Shown here: piece after piece, positions 50,538-59,573 of the stretch
Layout of the letters: every line of letters begins with the position of its first letter
How positions within the stretch are numbered: position 1 is the first letter of the stretch
Assembly: GCA_965214405.1 (NCBI GenBank)
Contig: OZ243956.1
Span: 1,088,001-1,152,000 of the forward strand
DNA from: Trueperaceae bacterium
GTDB lineage: Bacteria > Deinococcota > Deinococci > Deinococcales > Trueperaceae
Reading direction: 5' to 3'
DNA: 64,000 bases
The notes under the pieces: generated by a model
What the model was told of the DNA's origin: nothing
Database searches by the model: none
The model's input: the letters and a program-made list of their open reading frames with translations, nothing else
Translations under genes and position numbers: made by a program

Positions 50538-51374
50538 TTACTTGAGCGCCCCCGAGGTCAGCCCCTCGATAATCTGCTTGCTCGCCAGCAGATAAAGCAG
50601 CAGCAGCGGCAGCGCGGTGATAGTCAGGCCTGAAAAGAGGAGCGCCCAGTCGTTCTGGTGCTCGCCAAAAAAGGAGAACAGCCCCAGCGGCAGGGTTTTG
50701 AACCTTTCGGCGCGGATAAAGATGAGCGGGAAGAAAAAGTCGTTCCACCAGGGGATAAAGTTAAAAATCGCCACGGTCGCAAGCGCGGGGCGCACTAATG
50801 GCAGCATCACCTGGGCGTAGATGCGAAACTCGCCCGCGCCGTCTAGACGGGCGGCCTCCTCGAGCTCCTTGGGTAGCGTCTCAAAAAAGTTGGCAAGGAC
50901 AAAGATGGTGAAGGGCAGTCCGCTCGCCGCGTAGATTAAAATAAGCGACCAGGGCGTGTTGAGGAGCCCAAGATCGCGCATCAGAAAAAAGAGCGGCAGG
51001 ATGCCTAAGCGAATGGGCAGCATGAGCCCCGCCAGAAAGTACAGCATGAGCCAGTTTCGCCCCCGAAATGCGTAGCGCCCGAGCGGGTAGGCCGCGAGGC
51101 TGCCCAGGACCGACACGAGCGCGAGCGCCGCCACAGTGACAAAGACGCTGTTGCCAAAATACGTCGAGAAGTTGCCCTCACCCCAGGCGCGAGCGTAGTT
51201 CTCAAAGCTCCAGCTTTCGGGCAAGGCGAAGGGGCTGCGGAAGATTTCTCGAGTGCTCTTAAACGACGACAGCATCATCAGGAACACGGGATAAACGACG
51301 GTAAACCCGTACGCGGCCAAAACGAGGTAGATGAGCGTTTTTTTGGTGAGCCGCCAGGGGGACGCACTAGTCAT
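50538..51374 (-). CDS. Carbohydrate ABC transporter permease
   Basis: EEAARLDGA EAA motif; multiple TM helices. Confidence 0.92.
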   Translation of the reverse strand: MTSASPWRLTKKTLIYLVLAAYGFTVVYPVFLMMLSSFKSTREIFRSPFALPESWSFENYARAWGEGNFSTYFGNSVFVTVAALALVSVLGSLAAYPLGRYAFRGRNWLMLYFLAGLMLPIRLGILPLFFLMRDLGLLNTPWSLILIYAASGLPFTIFVLANFFETLPKELEEAARLDGAGEFRIYAQVMLPLVRPALATVAIFNFIPWWNDFFFPLIFIRAERFKTLPLGLFSFFGEHQNDWALLFSGLTITALPLLLLYLLASKQIIEGLTSGALK

Positions 51375-52314
51375 ACACGACCTCCTCACGGCGAAAGAGG
51401 CGCAGCGCAACAAAAGACACCACGGCGACAAAGCCAAACGTCACCACCGCCAGGGCCGAACCCATACTCACCGCGTCTTGGCCCCCGCCAAAGGCGGTGC
51501 GGTAAAAGAAGGTGCCGAGCACGTCCGTCGCGCCGCCCGGCGAGCCGTTAGAGCCCGCCATCACAAAAATGAGTTCGAAGGTGTTGAAGTTGCCGATAAA
51601 GGTCAGGATGGTCACAATCGTCAGCGACGGGCGCAGGAGCGGGAGCTGGACAAAACGGAACACCTGCGAACCCGTCGCGCCGTCTAAGCGCGCGGCCTCC
51701 AAATAGCTGTTGGGGATGCTCCCCAGGTTCGCCAAAAAAAGCATCATCGGAAAGCCCAGCCAGGCCCAGGCATTGACAAAAATAATGGTCGGCAACGCCG
51801 TTTCCGGTTGACCCAACCAAGGCTGCGCGAGCGCGTCCAGACCGACCCTTTTAAGCGCCTGGTTGAGCGGCCCGAAAAGCGGGTTGAGGATGAGGTTCCA
51901 TAAAAATCCGACCAGCACCACCGCCAGGAGGTGCGGCATGAAGAAAAGGTTTTGCCAGAACTGCCGCCCCCGCCGCAGGTTGTAGAGCAGCACCGCAAAA
52001 AAAAGTGCCACCGTGTTCTGCACGAGCATCGTGCCCGCGAAAAAGGCGACGTTGTGCCGAAAGGCGTCCCACAGGTCGCCGCGCCAGGGGGGCTGGGTGA
52101 AGAGCTTGACGAAGTTGGCGAGCCCGACGAACGCTCCGCGCTGCAAGCCCCGCCACTCGAAGAGGCTGTAGCCGACCGCGTTGAGGAGCGGCCAGACGAT
52201 AAAGAGGCTGTAGAGCAAAAAGGCGGGCAGCCAAAAAGGAAGAAAGCGCCAGAAGGGAGACGCACGTTTAGTGCGCTTCCCCGCGGCGCTCCCTTGCGCG
52301 GCGCGCGTCGCCAC
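51367..52314 (-). CDS. Carbohydrate ABC transporter permease
   Basis: LEAARLDGA motif, FVGLANF, TM helices. Confidence 0.92.
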   Translation of the reverse strand: MATRAAQGSAAGKRTKRASPFWRFLPFWLPAFLLYSLFIVWPLLNAVGYSLFEWRGLQRGAFVGLANFVKLFTQPPWRGDLWDAFRHNVAFFAGTMLVQNTVALFFAVLLYNLRRGRQFWQNLFFMPHLLAVVLVGFLWNLILNPLFGPLNQALKRVGLDALAQPWLGQPETALPTIIFVNAWAWLGFPMMLFLANLGSIPNSYLEAARLDGATGSQVFRFVQLPLLRPSLTIVTILTFIGNFNTFELIFVMAGSNGSPGGATDVLGTFFYRTAFGGGQDAVSMGSALAVVTFGFVAVVSFVALRLFRREEVVYD

Positions 52315-53552
52315 TACTGGCTGGCGGCGGGCTGACCGGGCGTAAACCAGGTCGCCATCTGCGTTTGCAAATCAGCGGCGACCTCCTGAGGGGTCATGTC
52401 GTCCAAAAAGAGCTTCTGGATGTCCTGACCGATCACCGTCGTGCCCGAGGGCGTGCCGTAGCGAAAATGCACGAGCAGCATGTATGGCGTGGACGCCGCG
52501 TCGTAGAGCGACACAATCTCGGTAAGGACCGGGTCGGTCGGCGTCACCCCTTCGATGGGCGAAATCTGCGCGAGTTTATCCGTAAACATCTGGCCGAACT
52601 CGGGCGAGCCGAGCCACTGGGCAAAGGCCAGGGACGCGTCCATATCATCCGTGCTCGTCGTCACGGCCCAGGAGCCGTCGACAAACCAGGAGGCGACCTG
52701 CGCGTCCGTCCCCTTGGCGGGCACCGAGAACACGCCCAGCTCGAGGTCCGGGTTCTGAGCCTTGAAGTAGGCCGCCTCCCAGGAGCCACCGGGAAACATC
52801 CCCGCGAGCCCGTTGATAAAGAGGTTTTGGGTGTCGGCGTAAGACACCGCCGTGACGTCGGGGGGCAAGTAAGGCTGTAAATCCTTGACCGCCTGGACGC
52901 TCTCGACAAAGGCGGGGTCCTCAAAGGTCGTCTCGCCGCTCAAGACGCCCTCGACAAACGCGTCACCGCCGTAGGTTCCCGCGCCAACCACACTGTGAAA
53001 GATGGGCAGCATCCAGTCGTCTTTGCCCGTGACCGCGATGGGAATGTACCCGCCCGCCAGAAGCGCGTCGTTGACCGCGATGAACTCGTCCCAGGTGGTC
53101 GGCACCGATAAGCCCAGCTCCTCAAAGATGGCCTTGTTGTAGTACATCTGCAAAACCTGGATGGCGAAGGGCACGCCGTAGACCTGGCCGTCCTCGAGAC
53201 CCCGCACGGCGTCGAGCGCGGTGGCCGAGAAGTTGCTCAGGTTGGCGACCTTGCCGTCGAGCGGGACCAAATACCCCCCCTCAATCCAAGGCCTGACCCC
53301 GCCGTACGACCGCGTCTGCACCACGTCCGCCGCTTCGTTCGCCTGGAGCGAGGTGGCGACCAGCGTGTTGTATTCGGTATTAAGAAACGCCTCAAAGGTG
53401 ACGTCGGCACCCGACTCGTCTCTATACGTCTGCAAGATTTCGTTGTAGGCGTCGGCGTCTTCCGTGCGCCACGACCACATGTCGAGGGTCTGCGCGAACG
53501 CGCCCGTGAAAGCACTCAACGCAACGGTGATAATGAGCCAGCGAAACTTCAT
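52314..53552 (-). CDS. ABC transporter extracellular solute-binding protein (family 1)
   Basis: Signal peptide; DGQVYGVP, YYNKAIF, PTTWDEF. Confidence 0.92.
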   Translation of the reverse strand: MKFRWLIITVALSAFTGAFAQTLDMWSWRTEDADAYNEILQTYRDESGADVTFEAFLNTEYNTLVATSLQANEAADVVQTRSYGGVRPWIEGGYLVPLDGKVANLSNFSATALDAVRGLEDGQVYGVPFAIQVLQMYYNKAIFEELGLSVPTTWDEFIAVNDALLAGGYIPIAVTGKDDWMLPIFHSVVGAGTYGGDAFVEGVLSGETTFEDPAFVESVQAVKDLQPYLPPDVTAVSYADTQNLFINGLAGMFPGGSWEAAYFKAQNPDLELGVFSVPAKGTDAQVASWFVDGSWAVTTSTDDMDASLAFAQWLGSPEFGQMFTDKLAQISPIEGVTPTDPVLTEIVSLYDAASTPYMLLVHFRYGTPSGTTVIGQDIQKLFLDDMTPQEVAADLQTQMATWFTPGQPAASQ

Positions 53553-53790
53553 AGAAACCTCCTTGGGATTGAGCTGACCCAGTATAACCAGATGCACGTT
53601 TGCTCGAGCAAAATCCGGCTCATCATCGCGTAGGGTGTGGGTTACGGGTGGTGTTCAATAATCCGTTCTGTAGGACCCCCACACATGGCAACTTAGCGCG
53701 GCTTCTATACTCGGCGTAGCTAAACCCTCGAGGAGGCCCCATGAGCTTGTCCCGCACAACTTATTCGCACGATAAACGAGTGGAAAACTG

Positions 53791-54675
53791 ATGGCGCACC
53801 CTTCACCCGCTCGCCCCCTGATTCTCGTGACCGGGGCGTCCGGCAATGTGGGGCGCGAAGTGCTTAAAAGTCTCGAGCCCTCCACGAAAGAGGGACGCGT
53901 GCGGGTTCGCGTCGGCACCCGGTCCGACCACGGGTTAGACGAGGGAGAGAATGTTGAGCGCGTCCATTTCGACTTTTCCGACCGCGCAACCTACGCTGCG
54001 GCGGTGGCGGGTTGTCAGGCGCTGTTCTTGCTGCGCCCGCCAGCGGTCGCCAACACCAAGGAGACGCTCAACCCGCTTATCGACGCGGCGCGCGCGGCGG
54101 GGGTCACGCAGATTGTCTTTTTATCCGTGGCCGGGGCCGACAAAAACCGGGTCGTGCCGCATCACGCGGTGGAGACACATTTGCAGGCTGGCCCGCGCGA
54201 CTGGACGATTCTGCGCCCCGGCTTTTTCGCGCAAAACATCGGGACGGCCTACCGCGAAGACATTATGAAAGAAAACCGCCTCTACCTTCCCGCGGGCGGG
54301 GCCAGAGTCGCCTTTGTCGACCTCCGCGATGTGGGCGAGGTCGCGGCGGACGCGCTCATCGCGGGGGAGCGGCACCGCGGGAAGGGTTACACGCTCACCG
54401 GACCGGAAGCGTTTTCTTTTGAGGAGGTAGCGGATTTTCTAACGGTGGCGACGGGGCGACCCATCCATTACGAACCGGCAAGCGCCCTCGGCTACGCGCG
54501 CCATCTTCGGCGCCAGGGTATGAAGCTGGACCAGGTCGCGGTGCAAACCGTTATCCACGTGAGCCTGCGCTTCGGAAACGCGCGAACCGTCGACCCCACC
54601 CTGAGAGAACTTTTGAACCGCCCGCCACTAAACGTGCGAGACTATATTGATGACCATGCAGAGCTGTGGAAATAG
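53791..54675 (+). CDS. NmrA-like NAD(P)-binding protein
   Basis: ILVTGASGNVG, WTILRPGFF, FVDLRDVGEVA, YTLTGPEA. Confidence 0.9.
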   Translation: MAHPSPARPLILVTGASGNVGREVLKSLEPSTKEGRVRVRVGTRSDHGLDEGENVERVHFDFSDRATYAAAVAGCQALFLLRPPAVANTKETLNPLIDAARAAGVTQIVFLSVAGADKNRVVPHHAVETHLQAGPRDWTILRPGFFAQNIGTAYREDIMKENRLYLPAGGARVAFVDLRDVGEVAADALIAGERHRGKGYTLTGPEAFSFEEVADFLTVATGRPIHYEPASALGYARHLRRQGMKLDQVAVQTVIHVSLRFGNARTVDPTLRELLNRPPLNVRDYIDDHAELWK

Positions 54676-54785
54676 TATGAATTAGCCTTAGCGTTCACAC
54701 AATTAAGTTTGGTGCAGGTTACAGAGTCGAAGTTGAGATTGATGAAAAGGCGTAACGCTTCTTCCATTTTACAAAAGGCTGACTG

Positions 54786-56192
54786 TCAGTGCTGCTTCGA
54801 CGCCTCTTTCACCGCGTGCGTTGAGAATCCGAACTGCGGCGCGTGGCTCTCCCCCACCCCGGTTAGGACGGCGTCAAAAAGTTCGGCGAGGTTCGTGCCA
54901 CCCACCTCGACCTTCATCCGCAGCTCGAGCCTCAAATCGTCCAGCGTGCGCTCATCCAGCATCATTTCGGTGCCGTACTTTAAGACGTTGGGCGACACGA
55001 GCAGCAGGTCGGCCTCGCCGGGCTCGATTTGGGTCAAAAAGTCGCGTCCGGCGAGGAGACCCGCGACGGTCGTGACTTCGCCAAAGGTGCGGTTTTTGAG
55101 GGCGCGAACCTCCAACGTAAGCCCCTCCACCTTCCGCAACGGCTCAACGGCGCGCTCGAGCACCGGCGCGAAAAGTTGACCCGTCGCCAGAATGACTTTT
55201 TTGGGCACGTCCAAACGTAGCGGAGGTGCGGGAAGCGGCCCGTCGATAAAGTCACGAATCATGCCGACGCCGTTCTCGAGCATCGGGAAGCCCTCGTAGG
55301 CGTCTACTTGAGGCAGGGGTTCGTCTGCGAGCAAATAAAATTCGTCGCTCGGGAAGATAAAGCGGGTGCCGCGTTCTTCTACCATCCTCTTTTGAAACTT
55401 ATGAACGCGCCTCAGCACGTCCTTGGCTTCATCTTTTGTGTAGGTCCGCAAGTCGGGGAGGTGGCGGCGGTGCTCGGTTAAGCCCACCGGCACGCAGGCC
55501 GCCGCGATGATGTTGTCGTGCGAGGCCAAAAAGTCTAGTGTTTCGTCCAAGTGCTCGCCGTCGTTGCGGCCCGGCAATAAAACCATTTGGGTATAAAGGT
55601 CGATGGGCTCGAGCCTTTTTAACATCCCCCGAATTTTGGTCGCCGCCTCGTCTTTCACTTTAAGCCGCCACCACTTCATCATGTCCTTGCGCAGGTCCTC
55701 GTTGGTGGTGTGGACCGAGACATAGAGCGGGCTCAAATTCTCGTCCAAAATGCGCCCGATATCCTCTTCAGACAAGTTGGTGAGCGTCACGAACGAGCCA
55801 TACAAGAACGAGGTCCGAAAATCATCGTCCATGATGTATAAAGACTTGCGAAAGCCCTTAGGCATCTGGTGGACGTAACAAAATTCGCACTTATTGGCGC
55901 AGAGTTTGAGGCCGTCGAAAATGACCTCGGCGAACTCGAGCCCAGGGTCCTCCCACTCGACGGTGAAACTCACGTCGTCACCAAGAAGCGGGTCGCGCGC
56001 GTTCAGGGTCGCCACGCCCCGCTCTAACTCCCGACGGTAGGCCAGCACGTCGGGAATCCACTCGCCGTTGACGCTGAGGAGTTCCCAACCCGCCTTGACC
56101 CCGGCCTTTTCGGCGGGCGAATCGGGGCGCACGGCGGAGATGGCGGCGGTATAGGGAGGCGTGGGTTTGGAGAGGGTGACCGGCATAAACAT
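54786..56192 (-). CDS. PDZ plus radical-SAM-like DUF512 protein
   Basis: N-terminal PDZ (SPAEKAGV), CANKCEFC (CxxxCxxC), DDDFRTSFLYG, SDEFYL, LENGVG. Confidence 0.87.
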   Translation of the reverse strand: MFMPVTLSKPTPPYTAAISAVRPDSPAEKAGVKAGWELLSVNGEWIPDVLAYRRELERGVATLNARDPLLGDDVSFTVEWEDPGLEFAEVIFDGLKLCANKCEFCYVHQMPKGFRKSLYIMDDDFRTSFLYGSFVTLTNLSEEDIGRILDENLSPLYVSVHTTNEDLRKDMMKWWRLKVKDEAATKIRGMLKRLEPIDLYTQMVLLPGRNDGEHLDETLDFLASHDNIIAAACVPVGLTEHRRHLPDLRTYTKDEAKDVLRRVHKFQKRMVEERGTRFIFPSDEFYLLADEPLPQVDAYEGFPMLENGVGMIRDFIDGPLPAPPLRLDVPKKVILATGQLFAPVLERAVEPLRKVEGLTLEVRALKNRTFGEVTTVAGLLAGRDFLTQIEPGEADLLLVSPNVLKYGTEMMLDERTLDDLRLELRMKVEVGGTNLAELFDAVLTGVGESHAPQFGFSTHAVKEASKQH

Positions 56193-56270
56193 CAGAGTCT
56201 AGCAGAGGACGCGGGCGCGTGTCCTGCTCTCGTGAACAAGGCCAAAGGTCGTTAGCAGCGGTTCCATTAA

Positions 56271-56299
56271 TTTGTACGTCAATGTACAAACAGTGTACG
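56271..56299. promoter_or_regulatory. Putative TA operator (TGTAC palindrome/repeats)
   Basis: TTTGTAC-GTCAAT-GTACAAA plus a third TGTAC just upstream of the antitoxin ATG. Confidence 0.55.
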
Positions 56300-56307
56300 A
56301 TAAAGGC

Positions 56308-56610
56308 ATGACAATCGTCAGCGTGAGCGAACTGCGGGCCAATTTGAGAAGGGTGCTCGAGCGCGTCAAGAGGGGCGAAGAGGTCCGACTTACCCAGAAC
56401 GGTGAGGTGGTGGCCGCCGTGCTCCACCCGGACAAGCTCAAGTGGCGCGCCAAAACAGCCAATACCCTGGCCGCTGAACGGCTTTTGGAAGAGCTTGACA
56501 CGCCTTTGGAACCTCTGGAACCTCTGCCCGAGCCCAGCCTCAGCCAGGCCGAGGGAGACGCGCTCGTGGCGGAGGTGCGTGGAGCCCCCTATGCACACCC
56601 TTTTTATTGA
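56308..56610 (+). CDS. Phd/YefM-family antitoxin
   Basis: VSVSELRANLRRVLERVKRGEEVRLTQNGEVVA. Confidence 0.85.
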   Translation: MTIVSVSELRANLRRVLERVKRGEEVRLTQNGEVVAAVLHPDKLKWRAKTANTLAAERLLEELDTPLEPLEPLPEPSLSQAEGDALVAEVRGAPYAHPFY

Positions 56611-56821
56611 GCTGAACGCGCCCACGGCCAAGGCAGATTTGGAAGCTTTACGCGCCACCCTCCAGGAACGCGAGGAGGTCGTGCGCCTCACGCTGTTAGA
56701 GTCGCTCGAGCAGCCCGGACTCTACCTGCTCGTCTGCGAGTGCGAACGCGCGCCGGAAGGCGCGTGGCCGGAGGGCGCGCGGGTATGGCGCTTTCAAAAG
56801 GTGGACCTAGGGTCTGTCTGA
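56591..56821 (+). CDS. Small hypothetical protein; stop codon supplied by the IS end
   Basis: ATG 56591 behind GGAG; LLESLEQPGLYLLV..GARVWRF; last codons lie inside the IS IR. Confidence 0.6.
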   Translation: MHTLFIELNAPTAKADLEALRATLQEREEVVRLTLLESLEQPGLYLLVCECERAPEGAWPEGARVWRFQKVDLGSV

Positions 56822-57729
56822 CAGAAGGGATGAAGATGGTTTAGGGTAGGCGTATGGCACGAACAGACCTAAAAGAGCAGCAGTGGCAAGCACTAAAACC
56901 GCATCTACCCCCCAATCCCCAACGGGGTCACAACTACCGCAACCACCGACAGGTCATCAACGGCATTTCGTGGCGCTTGAAAACAGGCGCTCCCTGGCGC
57001 GACGTTCCTGAACGCTACGGACCTTGGCAGACCTGCTGGGACCGCTTCACGAGGTGGGAGCGCAACGGTGTCTGGAAGCGCATCCTGCACAGGCTTCAAG
57101 CTCACGCCGATGCGGCGGGTGAGATTGATTGGGACGGCGCAGCGTTAGACAGCTCTCATATTAAAGCGCACCGCAGCGCCAGCGGGGCGAGGAAGCGGCC
57201 TGCTGAGGGTGAAAAAAGGGGACCTTAGCAGACGAGTGGCTGGGACACTCACGCGGAGGCCACACCAGCAAGGTGCATACCTGCGCGGACGGCAAAGTGC
57301 GACCCCTGTCCGTGGTCATCACGGCGGGACAGCGCAACGACGCCGCTTGGCTAGAGCCGGTCTTGGACGAGATTTATGTGCCCCGCCTTGGCAGAGGGCG
57401 ACCGCGTAAGCGCCCCCCTCAGCTTAGACTCGACCGCGCTTATGGTTTCAACAAGCAGCGGAAGATACTAAGGCGCAGGGGCATCATCTGTATCAGCCCC
57501 GAGCGCGAAGATGCCAAGAAGTCTCGCTTGTCTAAGGGCACAAAAGGTGGACGACCTCCTGCTTTCGATAAGCAAGCCTACAAAGGACGTAACGTGGTCG
57601 AACGCTGCATCAACCGACTTAAAGACTTTCGCGCCGTTGCCACCCGCTACGACAAACGCGGCAGAAACTACCGTGCTGGTGTGCTCCTCGCCTCCATCAT
57701 CCTCTGGCTTTGATTAGTCAGACAGACCC
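56810..57729 (+). mobile_element. IS5-family element with a frameshifted transposase (56854-57228 and ~57220-57713)
   Basis: Perfect 13-bp IRs GGGTCTGTCTGAC; TA duplication in a CTAG site; [32 protein letters not shown] slippery run, [19 protein letters not shown]. Confidence 0.92.
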
Positions 57730-57787
57730 TAGAAAACCCTGTCCAGGCCCGCTTGTCGCTTTTGAGGCCGACCCGTAAAGTAGAAAG

Positions 57788-58723
57788 ATGCCTGACACCG
57801 ACGAAACCTTTGAAGAAACTCACGCGGACGAAACTCGTGCGGATGACGCCACCCTAGACGAAGCTTACGCCGTCAGCGCCGAGGGTGCCGAGCTTTACGC
57901 CGAGGTGGTGGGGCCGAAGGACGCGCCCGTTATTTTTTACCTGCACGGCGGCCCCGGTTACAACAGCCACTCGTTTCGTGACCTCGTCGGGGATGAACTT
58001 TCGCGCTACCTGGTCATCTACGCCGACCAACGCGGCGGCGGGCGCTCCCCGGCGGACGGCGGCGTGAATCTGGCGCTTTTGGCCGAGGATGTGGTGACGC
58101 TCTTAGACGCGCTCAGCATCTCCCAAACAACTCTGCTGGCGCACGGCTTCGGCGCGCTCGTCGCGGCGGAGGTGGCGGCGAGGGCACCGGAGCGCGTATC
58201 CAAGCTTCTCCTGGTCAATCCGTGGGTGGACATGGCGCTCCTCGCGCGGACGCTCCAGCGGAGCGCCGCCTTTATGAGCGGCAACACCGACTTGGCCCTG
58301 CCCCCCGAGGGCGCTCTCACCGAGAACGGGGGGGCGGGCGAGGGGGCGGACCCGGAGGCGCTGCTCGAGCAAGCCTTCTCTTGGACCTCCTCCAAAGGGC
58401 TCTTCGACGCGCTCGAGTTCCCCAAGCCGTCGTCGCGGCTGCGGCTCGAGCATAGCGACGCGGACGCGCTCTTCGGCCTCCCGGCGGGCGAGCTGCCGAC
58501 CGACGTGTGGTCTTTGGAGGTGCGCGACCTCTTGCCCACGCTCTCCCTACCCACCGTCGTGCTGGCGGGCCGGGAGGACCAGACGAGCGTCCCCGACCAG
58601 GTCGAGGTGGTGTTAGAAAGGATGCCCCACGCGCTCACGAGTCTCTTGGACGCCGGGCACTACCCCTGGCTGGACGACCCGGACACCTTTTTGGCGCTCC
58701 TGCACGAGACGATGGCGCTTTGA
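57788..58723 (+). CDS. Alpha/beta hydrolase (proline iminopeptidase-like fold)
   Basis: LHGGPG, DQRGGGRS, AGHYPW; nucleophile elbow reads AHGFG. Confidence 0.85.
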   Translation: MPDTDETFEETHADETRADDATLDEAYAVSAEGAELYAEVVGPKDAPVIFYLHGGPGYNSHSFRDLVGDELSRYLVIYADQRGGGRSPADGGVNLALLAEDVVTLLDALSISQTTLLAHGFGALVAAEVAARAPERVSKLLLVNPWVDMALLARTLQRSAAFMSGNTDLALPPEGALTENGGAGEGADPEALLEQAFSWTSSKGLFDALEFPKPSSRLRLEHSDADALFGLPAGELPTDVWSLEVRDLLPTLSLPTVVLAGREDQTSVPDQVEVVLERMPHALTSLLDAGHYPWLDDPDTFLALLHETMAL

Positions 58724-59451
58724 GGGCGCTCGCGCCTCCCGTAGGACGCTGGGCGCTCTCGATGACGTGGCGCGACCTTCTTTTTATGCACTGGCCCGTC
58801 CCCGCAGAAAGCTTGCGCCCGCTCGTCCCGCCCGCGTTGCAGCTCGACACCTTTGGGAGCAGCGCCTGGCTCGGCGTGGTGCCCTTTCGGATGGCGGGGG
58901 TGCGGCCCCGCCACTTGCCCGCCGTGCGGGGGGTCTCGAGCTTTCCCGAGCTCAACTTACGCACCTACGTGACGCCTAAAAGCGGGGGAGAACCGGGCGT
59001 CTGGTTTTTTAGCCTCGACGCTCACAACCCGCTAGCGGTGAGGCTGGCCCGGACGTTTTTTCATCTCCCCTATTTCGACGCGCGGATGCGCTGCGCTGGA
59101 GAGCGGCAAGAAGACATTTTGTACGAAAGCGTGAGGACGCATCGGGGCGCACCGGGCGCGCATTTTTTAGGGCGTTACAGACCGGCGAGCGCACCCTTCA
59201 AAGCGACGCCGGGAACTCTGGAGCATTTTCTCACCGCGCGCTACTGCCTCTACAGCGCCGACAAACGGGGCCGCGTCTACCGCGGCAACATTTACCACGC
59301 GCCCTGGCCCCTGCAACGCGCCGAGGCGGAAGTGGAGGTCAACACGCTTGCAGAGACCATCGGGGTTTCTTTGCCCGATACCGAGCCCCATCTGCTCTTT
59401 TCGCGCCTCCTCGAGGTCGTCGCCTGGCTACCACGCCGCTCAATGGTTTGA
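58720..59451 (+). CDS. YqjF/DUF2071-family protein
   Basis: WRDLLFMHW, FPELNLRTYV, GVWFFSLDA, FLTARYCLY. Confidence 0.87.
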   Translation: MRALAPPVGRWALSMTWRDLLFMHWPVPAESLRPLVPPALQLDTFGSSAWLGVVPFRMAGVRPRHLPAVRGVSSFPELNLRTYVTPKSGGEPGVWFFSLDAHNPLAVRLARTFFHLPYFDARMRCAGERQEDILYESVRTHRGAPGAHFLGRYRPASAPFKATPGTLEHFLTARYCLYSADKRGRVYRGNIYHAPWPLQRAEAEVEVNTLAETIGVSLPDTEPHLLFSRLLEVVAWLPRRSMV

Positions 59452-59573
59452 CGCGTTCCGTAAAGTTTAGGCCCCAGCGTCTACAACCTGTTGCTCCTCA
59501 AAACCGGATGCTACTTGTACGGTATATATAAATCGAGGACGAACGCAGGCCGAAAAGAACAAGGGAGGCAAAA

